NCBI GenBank assembly: GCA_963514005.1
Contig: OY740799.1
Coordinates: 25,978,001-26,042,000 of the forward strand
Reading direction: 5' to 3'
Length of the DNA stretch: 64,000 bases
Source: Raja brachyura
Lineage: Eukaryota
Under the pieces are notes generated by a model, which saw only the letters and a program-made list of their open reading frames with translations, made no database searches and was not told where the DNA came from. A program made the position numbers and the translations under genes. Below, one piece after another: positions 49,769-61,872 of the stretch. Position 1 is the first letter of the stretch; every line of letters starts with the position of its first letter.

Positions 49769-49956
49769 GTAAGAAAGAACTGCAGATGCTGGTTTAAATC
49801 AAAGGTAGACACAATATGCTGGAGTAACTCAGCGGGGCAGGCAGCATCTCTGGAGAGAAGGAATGGGTGACATTTCTAGTTGAAACATCACCCTTTCCTT
49901 CTCTCCAGAGAGGTTGCCTCTCCCGCTGAGTTACTCCAGCATTTTGTGTCTACCTT
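49769..49956. mobile_element. Penelope-derived hairpin mini-element
   Basis: Inverted arms folded at gacatttc-tagtt-gaaacatc. 13-bp TSD tgaagaatcttat (49756-49768, 49957-49969). Confidence 0.88.
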
Positions 49957-52157
49957 TGAAGAATCTTATCATCTACTCCTGCTCTTAATACTCACTGTTA
50001 TGTTCTCGAGAGAACAAATGTCAAGAAAAAATGTTCTAAAATACTTCTGGCACTAAATGGAAGACAGTGCAACCATTACATGCACCCTGGAGTCCCTGCC
50101 TTACCCTTTGCCAACACTGGGTTTGGGGTAGCCTGAGGTGGGAGGGGGAGAGGGCTTGGAAGTAATCTTCACGCATTTACCCATGAGATCTTACTGCCGA
50201 ATGCCCTAACATCCTTCCACACCTAATCGACTCTAAAATAGTTTGTATCCATTCTAACTCCATTATCACACAGTTTCCAACAGCTTTTGTGAAGTGGGAG
50301 AATGTGATTTAGATTCACCCCATAAAGTCTGCCTTTGGCAGCCTCATGTTCATTCTTAGCAGCCAACCTATTGTCATTGTTTTTAAGGTAAATACATACT
50401 TTATGAATTATTTTGCTATTTCTAATTAGTAAAATCTATATTTGCCAAACACAGTGCACTTAACATAAATCTAGAATATTATTTAAATATGGTAGAATGG
50501 GAAGCATGTGGAATAACTTTGACTTCCTCACACAGAACACAACTCATAGGGATGGCCATTTTTGCCATCTTTGTACTTCAGTAGTGAAGCAACTACTGTG
50601 TAATTTGTTGGCCTTATCCAGAAATCATTATGCAGGTGATTTTTTTAAATGTTTTTTTCCAGATCATAAGCTTCAACATTCAAAGATCCAGCAATAAAAA
50701 TCTGATGTCTCCAAATGTCAAGTACCAGAACAGCGTGCAAATCTCAAACATCTTCTACTGCAACTTGAATGGAAATTTCAAAAAGAATTTGGATCTCCAA
50801 TAGTTTTTTTTCCAGATATTTTGAAAAGGTTTTGCAAAGCTCAAGCATTCTCTTTAGATTACATCTGAAATCCAATAAGACTGCAGGGATCAGAAATGAT
50901 ATTACCATTCATGAAGCTACAAACCATTTCAGAGCTCTGCTGCATTGTTGCTATCAGATGCAACTTGTCTTTCACGAATGTCACTGCCAAACTTGTTTGA
51001 ATGAATATATGTTGAATTCCTTTTTATATGTTAAAATCATGGGGGGAAAAAAACAAAAGAGCATTAGTTTATAGGTAGCCTGGGAAATAAAAATAAAAAA
51101 GCACTGTTTGTAGCCCAGGCAAAACTCAGACGCTGATCAAGAGCTCACTAAATAGTTGATTAAATCATGTTAAATTCAAAGAATAGGACTCAAAGCTGTT
51201 CTGTCCCTGTCCAGTTTTGATATTAATACTGCTGGCATGTCACCTGTGGCTTAATAGGTAAACACTGCCACCGAAGGTTACTGATACAGTGACAAACACA
51301 CAAAAAATAAAAGGAATTGGGTGATTTGGCTCATTGTGCCTACTCTGCCACATAACAAGATAATGGATCATCCAGTACTTCAGTGCCATTTTCCTGGACT
51401 AAATCCATATCCATTAATCTAAAAAATCTATTCATCACTCTCTTGAATATAGTTGGAAACACTCTTGAGTGGAGAATTTTAAAAGATTCATTGCTCTCTG
51501 AGTAATTAAATTTCTTCTCATCTCGGTCCGGTCTCTCCTCCTTCCAGAAATTCCAGCTGAGGGTAATATCATCCCTACATCTTCCCTGTCAAGCCACAGA
51601 AGAGATTTATAACTTTCATTGCGAATCTCTCCAGGAGCTTATAAACATGGGAGGTGATAAATTGATCTCTGCTGAACCTCACCTCAAAAGCCCACCACAT
51701 CTAGGAATCAAGGTAGCAACTTCATTGCACTCTATTCATTGCTCACATACTGTTCCTTCGGTCAGGAGACCGGACCTGCACACAATTCATTCACTTGGAC
51801 ATTCCATAAATTCAGAAGGACTTTGTAACTGCTGTGTTCAAATCCTCTTGCAAAACATGCAAAACGAATTGTGCTTAAAAAGCATATGTGTATCGGCCTA
51901 GTTCATAAAGTTGATGACTTTAACCATGTCATAATGCAGTTTCACAAAGTTATTGACACCAAACACCCGATTTCATATGTGTGAATTATCATTCCATGGG
52001 ACAAACATTTATAATTCTATGCCAGTTCAAAATAATAAAACCATTTTTTTACTTTATCTTTTAGATCATGATTTTTCAGTTACCACCTTAATCTCATTAT
52101 ATGGTCCCGAAACATATGTTTTGCTCTGTTTACGATGTTTAAAATATGAATTAAAAG

Positions 52158-52380
52158 TTGTAGAAATAAGGAACTGCAGATGCTGGTTTACACAAAAGGA
52201 CATAAAGTGCTCAAGTTTGGGAGAAAAGTTTATTAAGTGCTGGAGTAACTCAGCAGGTCAGGCATCATCTCTGAAAAATATGGATAGTTTTGGATTGGGA
52301 GAAGGGAAGAAACGTCATTTATCCATGTTCCCTAGAGATACTGCCTGGCCCGCTGAGTTATTCCAACACTGTGTCCATTT
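52158..52380. mobile_element. Degraded Penelope hairpin mini-element
   Basis: Inverted terminal pieces joined near gaaacgtc. Confidence 0.65.
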
Positions 52381-52929
52381 CATTAAAACAATTGTGCTTG
52401 TTGTTCCTTAATTTGGTGGCTGTGAGAACGGATCAATGCAATTGATTGCCCACCTGCTTGCTGACATTATTGTTGCAGGATGAGAGAGACTACAGGAGAT
52501 GGTGCCTGAAAGGAAATAAAGGAAATCTATCATCACATCGTCAGGTCTTTGAACAGCTTTACTTCACTGTTCTCTACAGAGGATGGTTCTTTAGTTCTTC
52601 ATATATAAATAATTCTTAGCACATGAACTTGCTTTCCGGCAGTCATCAGATTCTACCAAAAATTCAAGGAAAACAGTAGATTTATGGCTCAGCAGCCTGC
52701 AAGGAAAATACTTCGTTATGTATCATTATGAGATCTGTACAGTTGTCAACATTGTTTACTTTAGTCTAGTTTAGAGATATGGCATTGAAGCAAGCCAATC
52801 AGCTGACCATCAATCACCTGTTTAGACTAATATGTCTGAAGAAGGTTCTCGACCCAAAATGTCACCTTCTCTCCAGCAATGCTGCCTGTCCCACTGAGCT
52901 ACTCCAGCATTTTGTGTCTAGCTTCGACA

Positions 52930-53685
52930 CTAATTGGGATCTCTTCCAGGGCAGGGGTGACCTGTATAAAAGGGAGTGTTGCACCCAAACTGGAGAGGGA
53001 CCAACATCCTAGCGGGGTTTGCTAATTCTACATGGGGGGGGGGTTAAACTAGATTGGCAGGGGGGGTGGGATCTCGTGCAGGACAGAGGTACGTGAGAGG
53101 TTAGAGGTGGGTATGGAGGGTGGTGTGGGAAAGGTTAGTGGACAGAACAGGCAGGTGAAAGGCGGAGAGCGAGGAGGGAGGGTTGGTTTAAACTGCACAT
53201 ATTTTAATGCAAGGGGCCTGATGGGTAAGGCAGATGAGCTTAGGGCATGGATAGGTACGAGCGACTGGGATGTTGTAGCCATGACTCAATCCTGGTTAAG
53301 GGAGGGGCCGGACTGGCAGCTCAATGTTCTGGGATACAGGAGCTTCAGGAGAGACAAGGGTGAGGGAATAAGAGGGGGGGGGGGGTGGTTGCATTGTTGG
53401 TTAAGGAGGATGTCATGGCTGTCTTCAGAGGCGACATTACGGATGGTTCTTAAGGAACAAGAAAGGGATGATCGGTTTGTTGGGGGTGTACTACAGGCCC
53501 CCGAATAGTCAACGAGAATTAGAAGAACAAATGTGCCGGGAGATTGCAGACAGCTGCAGGACAAATAAGGTTGTTGTAGTAGGGGATTTTAACTTTCCCA
53601 ATATAGACTGGGAAAATTGTTGCATGAAGGGTTCAGATGGGGTGCATTTCCTCATAAGTGTTCAGGAAAGTTTTCTTAAGCAGTA
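52930..53685 (+). mobile_element. CR1 internal fragment: ORF1 C-terminus and ORF2 APE endonuclease remnant
   Basis: DLFQGRGDLYKR (CR1 ORF1 esterase-like end), YFNARGL, VVAMTQSWL, GVYYRPPNS, VVVGDFNFPNIDW. Confidence 0.88.
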
Positions 53686-53816
53686 AGAGATCACTGCTTT
53701 TCGCCACAATCTTGCTTATTGGCATTTTACTCACATGCAAACTTAAAATCCCACATTCAAAAGAAAATTACTTGGAGTGTGGATCGATGGGTCTAACTAG
53801 ATAAACACCTGCTTAA

Positions 53817-55804
53817 GCGTGTGCAGACGTGGCGTAGAAGGACGAGAAGCCGAAGCAAAGAGGTGGAAGCCAAATAATCGAATGGAAACTAAGCCGAAAT
53901 GCCAAATAACTGAAAGCGTACGAAGCCGAAACACCAACTAACCGAAAGAGTGGGACGCCTAAAAGCAAACTCACTGAAAGGCCGATCTGCCGAAATGCCA
54001 CTTCACTGAAAGGCTGCGTCGCCTACAAGCCAACGTACTGAATGGCCGCTCTGCCGAAAAGTCAAATAACGGCCATGATGTCGCCGGGAGGGGGGGAAGC
54101 GGGACTTGTCAGCAATTGGTCCAGACCCCCACTTCCATCACATCATTGGCCGATGGAGACGGGAGGGTGGGGTCATTTTCCCACACAAGCCATAGGTGAC
54201 TGGGCAATCTAAACCCGAGTATCAAGTTGTAAGCGGCCGAAGGAGCACATCCCTCGGGACAGCCCCCACTCTCCCACGGCCACTGCCGCCCTCCGCCTCG
54301 TCTCCCCCGAGCGGCCGCACTGCGATGGGCTGTGTGTCGGCAGCGCCAGGTGGAGCAGAGGTGTGGGACAGGCTGGTCCCTCCGCCCACCCAGAGTCACT
54401 AACCGCGATGCACCGCCATCGGACCCCAACCCCCACACCAGGGTGATTCAATCCCCCAGACCTCCAGACCCCGCCCACACTTGGGGCATTGGCAGCCATA
54501 GTGATGCACTTTTAAAACATGGGGGGGGGGCACAAATTCCCTGTCAGGCCGATGACAAGTGTGCATGACAACGAACAATTTTATCTCCTCCCAACAAGCT
54601 CCCAAGCACAAAACACCAGGTAATCTGTAAACTGTTTTAAACAAAGATGGACACAAAAAGCTGGAGTAACTCAGCGGAATAAGCAGCATCTCTGGAGAGA
54701 AGGAACGAGTGACGTTCCGGGTCGAGACCCTTCTTCAGATCTGAAGACGGAGTCTGAAGGGTCTCGACCCGAAACGCCACCCATTCCTTCTCTCCAGAGA
54801 TGCTGCCTGGCCCACTGAGTTACTCCAGTTTTTTGTGTCTATCTTTAGTGTGACAGTTGTCTCATTTCATCGGCTTCATGTATTGCGTGCATTGAAGAGA
54901 CGCTAGACTATACATCTATTCATTCAAGTGTGCTTTTAATGAAATCTCACATCTTTGCGAGGGAGGGATGGAATGGATGTGACCACCGGCTAAAGCAAAG
55001 GCATAGGTAGGACAGGGAAGAACTATTTATACATGTAACATTTTTGTTTTTAAATCAGTAACTCTTTTTTGAGTTTTAATGCTGATCCCGTCCTGTGGGA
55101 AGGGTTTGTGGCAGCTGGTTTCATAGTGCCTTCATTAAGGGCACATTTGGATGAATAGATCCATTCAAGTGTTGTGGTCCGATGGGGGTTGGGGCCCGAT
55201 GGCAGTGCATCGTGGTCAGTGACTCTGGGTGGATGGAGGGACCAGCCTGTCCCACACCTCTGCTCCACCCAGCGCTGCCAACACACAGCCCATCGCAGTG
55301 CGGCCGCACGGGGGAGACAAGGCGGAGGGCGGCCGTGGCCGTGGGAGAGTGGGGGCTGTCCCGGGGGATGCGCTCCTTTGGCCGCTTACAACTTGGTGCT
55401 TGGGTTCAGAGTGCCCAGTCACCTATGGCTTGTGTGGGAAAATGACCCCCACCCTCCCGTCTCCATCGGCCAGTGATGTGATAGACGCGGGCTGGACCAA
55501 TGTGATGGACCAATCACTGACAAGTCCCACCCCCGCAGCAGTCACGTCCGTTATTTGACTTTTCGGCAGAGCAGCCATTCGGTGAGTTGGCCTTTCGGAG
55601 AACGGTCTATCGGTGAGTTTGCTTTTAAGTGTCCCACCCTTTCGGTTAGTTTGCTTTTAGATGTCCCACCCTTTCGGTTAGTTGGCGTTTCGGCTTTGTT
55701 TCTGTTCGGTTAGTTGGCGTTTCGGCTTTGTTTCTGTTTGGTTATTTGGCTTCCACTTCTTTGCTTCGGCTTCTTGTCCTTCGATGCCACGTCTGCGTAC
55801 CAGC
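53817..55804. mobile_element. Non-autonomous fold-back DNA element with ~620-bp inverted arms, TTAA-flanked (superfamily unassigned)
   Basis: Arms 53817-54435 and 55183-55804 are diverged reverse complements. TTAA at 53813-53816 and 55805-55808; subterminal arrays of (c/t)cgaaa-type motifs. Confidence 0.85.
54643..54846. mobile_element. Penelope-derived hairpin mini-element inside the fold-back spacer
   Basis: aagatggacacaaaaagctggag...cttcagatctgaag...ctccagttttttgtgtctatctt; axis at the hammerhead motif. Confidence 0.85.
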
Positions 55805-56331
55805 TTAAGTACTGACACCACAGTGGGTTCAGAACTGGCCAATTATTCTATTCTGCAGATCCATCATATACTGTCGACAGCATTTATACTTGCAGCAAAA
55901 CAAGTTTTTTTTTTTTTTTTACTTTATTTTATTAGAAGTAATCTATTTACAATAATGTAAACAGCTTTACAAACCTCAACTTAATTACACATTTTTTAAA
56001 TAACCCATTGACAGTTATCATCTTCTATTTTTTTGGAAATAATGAAAAGAATAGAATAGTTTTAAATCAATAAGAAAGTGATTAAATAATAATTTGATTA
56101 TATAGAAAAGAAGAAGAAAATAGAGCAAGGAAAAAAGATTATAGATTAACAAAAAGTGAAAAAATATTATATATATATATATATATCAATGAAAATCAAC
56201 AAAATATATTGTATCTAAAACTATTACAAATAATAATATCAATGAAGACATGCCTATTAATCCTAGTATAAGAATCAATTATTCTCATCAAATCCCGCTG
56301 GGTACCCGTCAGGCTGTGACGTCAAGAACAG

Positions 56332-59300
56332 CTACTTCTCTAGATACTGTATATATGGAGACCATATTTGTTCGAAGGTATTATATTTGTCCAATAGGAC
56401 AAATCTGATTCTTTCTAATTGTAACGTCTCCAACATCTCTGCTGCCCACATTTTAATTGTGGGGGATAATGTTCCCTTCCAAAATTTCAATATGATTTTT
56501 TTCCCTATTATCAAACAGTAATCAAAGAAATTTCTTTGATTTCCTGTAAGTACCGAATTTGAATCCAAAATCCCAAGTATTATTAACTTTGGGTCTGGAT
56601 CCAATCTAATTTTTAGAACCTCAGAAATAACCTTAAACATTTCTGTCCAATAGTAATTCAGTTTGGGACATGTAGCAAAACTGTGTGTTAAATTTGCTTC
56701 TAAGTTCTTACATTTATCACAAATTGAAGAGAGATTGTGAAAGATACTATTTAATTTAGTTTTTGAATAGTGTAATCTGTATAATACTTTGAATTGTATC
56801 AATGTATGTCTGGCATTTAACGAACACCGATGTATTTGCTGTAAACTTTCTTCCCAATTTTCTTTTGTTATGGATAAACCAATTTCCTTTTCCCATGCTT
56901 GCCGATATGTTTCCGTTGTTGGATTCTCCTTATCCAAGATTATGTTATATATATGGGCTATTAATTTTTCTGTATTTGGGTGTAAATTAAACAAATCATC
57001 TAATAATCCTGGTACTTTATTTTTATAATCTAGTGTGTTTGATTTTATATAATCTCTAATTTGTAAGTACCTAAACAAGTGTTGCGGAGACAATCCGTAG
57101 ATATCTTGTAACTCTTGGAATAAAAGAAATTTTCCTTTTCTATAAAGGTGCTCTATCCTTTTAATTCCTAAATCATCCCAATGTCTAAACCCTCCATCCA
57201 ATATAGAGGGCTTAAATAATGGGTTATTCATTATTGGTAGTCTAAGTGAAAGATTATCTAGCTGTAAAGTCTTAACTATTTGTTTCCAAATACGTCTATT
57301 ATTATAAATTATAGGGTTATCCCTATAAATTTTTTTTTGTACTTCCTTTGGGGCAAAGAGAACCGAGCCTACATTATAGGGTAAACAATCTTCCTTTTCC
57401 ATCTTTAACCACATTGGTTCATAATCCATATTTACCCACCAAAAATTCATGTTCTTAATCTGGACTGCCCAAAAATAATATAAAAAATTTGGAAGTGCTA
57501 ATCCTCCATTTATCTTAGATTTACATAAATGTTTTTTACTTATTCTATGATTTTTATAATCCCAAATAAAACTATAAATAATATTATCTATTTTTTTAAA
57601 AAAGGTCTTTGGGAGAAAAAAAGGAATAGCCTGGAACAAATATAATAATTGTGGTAAAAACACCATCTTTATAGCATTTATTCTACCAATCATGGATATA
57701 GGAAGTGTTTTCCAGTACAAAATATTTTTTTTTAATTTATCTAATAATAGAGGGTAATTAGATTTAATTAGTGAATTATAAGATTTAGTTACATTAATTC
57801 CTAAATATTTAAATTTGTCTTTAACTATTTTTAACGGATATTGTTGTAATATATTTAAGTTAATTCCTGTTATAGGCATAATTTCACTTTTATTCCAGTT
57901 AATCCTAAATCCTGAAAATGTGCCAAAAATAGTTATAACATTAAATAACTTAGGTATACTAATTTCCAGTTTTGTAATATAAATCAAAACATCATCTGCA
58001 TATAAAGATATTTTGTTAGTTGTTGTGTCAGTATTATAGCCATAGATTTCAGGTTCTGATCTGATTCTTTCCGCCAAAGGCTCTATCATCAAAGCAAATA
58101 GTAAAGGCGATAACGAACAACCCTGTCTACAACCCCTAGAGAGCTTAAATTTAGCTGATAATATTTGATTAGTTAAGATTCTTGCCGTTGCATGCAAATA
58201 TAAAATTCTTATCCATTTACAGAATCTATCCCCCAATTGAAACTTTTCCATTATATTAAATAAATATAACCATTCCACCTGATCGAATGCCTTTTCTGCA
58301 TCTAGCGATACAACTGCTAATTCCCTGTCCCGTATTCTTTTTGAATATATAATATTAAACAAGCGTCTGAGATTATGGGATGAGTAGCGTTTTGGGATAA
58401 AACCTGTTTGATCTTGATGTATTAATTTAGAAATCACCAAACTTAATCTCCGAGATAAAACTTTCGTTAGTATTTTTTGGTCTGTATTTAGAAGTGCGAT
58501 CGCTCTATATGATCCTGGATCTTCCAAATCCTTATCTGCCTTAGGAATAAGTGTAATTGTAGATTCGTTGAAAGATTCTGGCAATTTACCTTGTTCATAT
58601 GCATATCTATATACTGTATATAATCTTGGGGAAATCAGATCTAGAAATTTTTTATAAAATTCTGCACTTAGGCCATCGGGGCCCGCTGCTTTTCCATTCT
58701 TTAACGAACGAATTGATTCTTCAATATCTTTTACTGTTATTTCGGCGTTTAACAAATGTCTACCTTCCTGATCTAAACTGTTAATTTGACACTTTTGTAG
58801 AAATGTTTCCATATCCACTGTTTGTCCTGTTAATTTAGATGAATAAAGATTTTGATAATATTGTAGAAATCTGTCATTAATATCTTTTGGTATCGTCAAT
58901 ATATTTCCATCCACCGATCTAATTCTATGTATCAATTTTTCATCCTCTAATTTTCTAAGTTGTCTTGCTAATAGTTTTTGTGGTTTGTCTCCAAACTCGA
59001 AATGCACTTGTTTGGTTTGTTGAAATAGTTTAATGACTTGGTTAGAATATATTTTATTTAGTCTATATTTTGCTATTGCAATTTTGTTACTTAGCTCTTT
59101 AGAAGGGCGTTTTATATTTTCACTATCTAGTTGTTTTATCTCGTGTTCTAACTTTTGTTCCATCTTTCTATTTTCTTTATTAAGATAAGCCTGTGCAGAT
59201 ATTATTGCACCACGCATAAATGCTTTAAATGTGTCCCAGAGTAACGATGGTGAAGTCTCCGGTTTGTCATTAGTTTCAAAAAATAATTTAATCTGTTCCG

Positions 59301-60120
59301 TCACATGTTTACAACAGTCCTTATCCTTTAATATCTGGGGATTAAATCTCCAAGTAGTCGTTTTATTAAGTATATCTTTTAGTTTTATCTTAAATGTAAG
59401 AGGCGCGTGATCTGAAATAATAATATTGTGATATTTTGCGTCATACGTAAAAGGTAGTAATTTTGAATCTATTAAAAAATAATCTATCCTAGAATAAGTT
59501 CCGTGTACGGGCGAAAAAAACGAGTATTCTCGTCCGGATGGATAATCTAATCTCCAAATATCCTTAACATTCGATGTATTAATAAAAGAATTTATAAGTT
59601 TACTTGAATTAGAGGTAACTTTCCTTTTTGTAGAAGACCTGTCTAGGTAGCTATCTAAGGTGCAATTAAAGTCACCCCCAATAACTAAATTATATTGTGT
59701 GGAAATAGGAATATTATTAAATATTTTCTTAAAAAATAGTGGGTTATCAAAATTAGGGGCATATATATTCACCAAAATTACTTTCTGTGAATATAATTCC
59801 CCTGTAATTATTACATATCTACCCTCTTTGTCCTCTATTATAGAATTTTGTTTAAAAGTTATACCTTTACGGATAATTATTGCAACTCCTCTACATTTGT
59901 GTGTAAATGAAGAGTGATATACCTTGGAAATCCATTTCGCTGTTAATCTATATTGAGCATCTCTTTTGAGATGAGTCTCTTGGAGGAAGATCACGTCTGA
60001 TTTCAATCTATTCAACTGTGCTAGTACCTTTCCCCTTTTAATTGGTTCATTAATTCCCTTAACATTCCAACTACAGAAGGTAATTCCACCCCCCCCGGTC
60101 TTCACATTCATATCTTGCAT
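56332..60120 (-). CDS. L1 ORF2p (APE endonuclease, reverse transcriptase, C-terminal CCHC), 1262 aa from the first ATG, intact
   Basis: SWNVKG, LQETH, NIYAPN, GGDFN, SRIDY, SDH; GPDG, YRAIALLNTD, QTGF, LDAEKAFD, RQGCSLSPLLF, YADD, YLGI; CDKC..HSFATC. Confidence 0.97.
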   Translation of the reverse strand: MQDMNVKTGGGGITFCSWNVKGINEPIKRGKVLAQLNRLKSDVIFLQETHLKRDAQYRLTAKWISKVYHSSFTHKCRGVAIIIRKGITFKQNSIIEDKEGRYVIITGELYSQKVILVNIYAPNFDNPLFFKKIFNNIPISTQYNLVIGGDFNCTLDSYLDRSSTKRKVTSNSSKLINSFINTSNVKDIWRLDYPSGREYSFFSPVHGTYSRIDYFLIDSKLLPFTYDAKYHNIIISDHAPLTFKIKLKDILNKTTTWRFNPQILKDKDCCKHVTEQIKLFFETNDKPETSPSLLWDTFKAFMRGAIISAQAYLNKENRKMEQKLEHEIKQLDSENIKRPSKELSNKIAIAKYRLNKIYSNQVIKLFQQTKQVHFEFGDKPQKLLARQLRKLEDEKLIHRIRSVDGNILTIPKDINDRFLQYYQNLYSSKLTGQTVDMETFLQKCQINSLDQEGRHLLNAEITVKDIEESIRSLKNGKAAGPDGLSAEFYKKFLDLISPRLYTVYRYAYEQGKLPESFNESTITLIPKADKDLEDPGSYRAIALLNTDQKILTKVLSRRLSLVISKLIHQDQTGFIPKRYSSHNLRRLFNIIYSKRIRDRELAVVSLDAEKAFDQVEWLYLFNIMEKFQLGDRFCKWIRILYLHATARILTNQILSAKFKLSRGCRQGCSLSPLLFALMIEPLAERIRSEPEIYGYNTDTTTNKISLYADDVLIYITKLEISIPKLFNVITIFGTFSGFRINWNKSEIMPITGINLNILQQYPLKIVKDKFKYLGINVTKSYNSLIKSNYPLLLDKLKKNILYWKTLPISMIGRINAIKMVFLPQLLYLFQAIPFFLPKTFFKKIDNIIYSFIWDYKNHRISKKHLCKSKINGGLALPNFLYYFWAVQIKNMNFWWVNMDYEPMWLKMEKEDCLPYNVGSVLFAPKEVQKKIYRDNPIIYNNRRIWKQIVKTLQLDNLSLRLPIMNNPLFKPSILDGGFRHWDDLGIKRIEHLYRKGKFLLFQELQDIYGLSPQHLFRYLQIRDYIKSNTLDYKNKVPGLLDDLFNLHPNTEKLIAHIYNIILDKENPTTETYRQAWEKEIGLSITKENWEESLQQIHRCSLNARHTLIQFKVLYRLHYSKTKLNSIFHNLSSICDKCKNLEANLTHSFATCPKLNYYWTEMFKVISEVLKIRLDPDPKLIILGILDSNSVLTGNQRNFFDYCLIIGKKIILKFWKGTLSPTIKMWAAEMLETLQLERIRFVLLDKYNTFEQIWSPYIQYLEK

Positions 60121-60732
60121 TTTACTATTAGGGTGGTTTTTTTTGGAGTAGCCTTCTCGACCCCTCCAGCCCAGCGCTATACCCAAACGCCAATCCGATG
60201 AGAATTTCTATCTTCAGTAATCCATATACATATCTTCTTAGAGCGATTATACAATATCGTTCATAACTACATTCATATAATATATAACGCAAAATCAAAT
60301 ATTTAATATATAAGAAAAAGTACAAAGTGTAATTAAAAAAAGAGAAAGGGGTGTTAACAGCGTGCCCAGAAAAAAAAGAAACTACACTGGTATAGTGTGT
60401 AGTGTGCATTAGTGAAAGCCACACTAGCGTGGCTATTAATCTACTGACTTCCGTTTTTTTTAAGAAAAGAGATGTTAAGTGTTCCAGCTCCTGTCTATAA
60501 TACTATGTATATTGGGGTGGGGTACTAACTTTAAGTACTTAGTAAATATTTCTATTATTCATATTACTAATTACCAGTTATTAATTTCTAGTATAATTAA
60601 TATTATAGTAGGTAATACTATATTAGGGGGACAATTAAAAATTTACTAATTAATACCAAGCTATAACAACATGTCCATTATTGCCCCTCTTTCTTAATGA
60701 ATAATTCATAACCGCAGGTCGGTAATAAAAGT

Positions 60733-61872
60733 TTATTCTTCTTCTTCATCTTCTTCTTCAGCGCTTACTTCTTCTTCTGCTTCCTCTTCTGCCTTCTTCT
60801 GTATGCCTCGGGCGAATTCCAGTGCTTTGGTATGCTTAACAAAACGGAATTCCTTGTTGTCGTAGGTCACTCTCAATGTTGCTGGGTACATCAAACCATA
60901 TCTGAGATCCTTTACATCCTTTATATTCCGAAGAATACCTCTTGTTTCTGAGAATAAAGATCTTCTCTTAGCCACTTCAGCCGGGTAATCTCTGAAGATA
61001 CTGATATTAACTCCTTCATATTTCAGATTCCTCTTTCTTATTATTATCTTCATCATTTCTTCAAACTCGTGATCATAAGCCACCTTTACAATCATTTGTC
61101 TTGGTGGTGCACCACTCCCAGGGGCCCGTCTTAAAGCCCTGTGGACACGGCCCAACAATGGTTCTTGGTCCAGATCCAGAATGTCCTTTAGGAGTTTTGC
61201 AGCAAATTTTCGCGGGTCCTGATTTCCTTCCCGACCCTCGGGCAGTCCTACTATTCGCAAATTCTTACGTCTTTGTCAACCTTCCAAATCAATACATTTC
61301 TCATTTATTTTGTGGAGTAGCTCTGAGAGGCGTTTATTCTCGGCAAGTAACTTCTCAGTTTCCTTGGCACTTTTTACAGCAAAATCAGCCAAATCTTTAA
61401 TTGCGTCATTTTGTTGGTCGAGTGTGATGACAATAGGATCTATCTTATCATTCAGCATTTGTTCCAGCCCAGCAACCTTGTCGTTTACCTCAGAGATTCG
61501 GTTTTGAAATTCAGCATCCGCCTTTCTTTTCCATTCGTTCATTATATTCTTTACCATCTCGGTAACTTCTTTTGTTAATTCCACTTTAGTTTTCTCATGA
61601 GACACCAGAATCTCCGCTTTAAGAGTTTTTATTTCATCCTTATATTCTTTCTTCATGTCTTTAAATTCATCTTTATATTCCTTCTTCAGGTCTTTTATTT
61701 CTTTCACCAGTTTCTTCATCTCACCCATCAAGGAATTTTTAAATTCTTCCATTTCCACTTTCCTCTGTGAGATTTCTTCTTGGGAGGCAGTCAGACTCGA
61801 GCCCGAGGCTTTGGTGGCACCAGCCTCTCTTCTAAGGCCCGTTTTCTTCAGGGGAGGGGAGGAGGGTTGCAT
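60733..61872 (-). pseudogene. L1 ORF1p (coiled coil + RRM + CTD) with one in-frame stop at 61276-61278
   Basis: ORFs 61276..61872 and 60733..61260 are in the same frame, joined as IDLEG*QRRKNLRIVGLPEG. RVHRA, PRQMIV, IFRDYP, YPATLRV motifs; Glu-rich tail. Confidence 0.93.

Noticed and set aside
51953-52411. 152-aa ORF
   Set aside because: Half of it runs through a Penelope hairpin; no recognisable domain or splice support.
54109-55558. Mirror-image ORF pairs on both strands
   Set aside because: They arise from the GC-rich inverted arms of the fold-back element; no transposase or other motif.
60121-60186. N-terminal 22 aa of the 1284-aa ORF in the track
   Set aside because: It starts at a non-ATG codon. 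The first ATG at 60120 precedes the APE motif and is the likely start.
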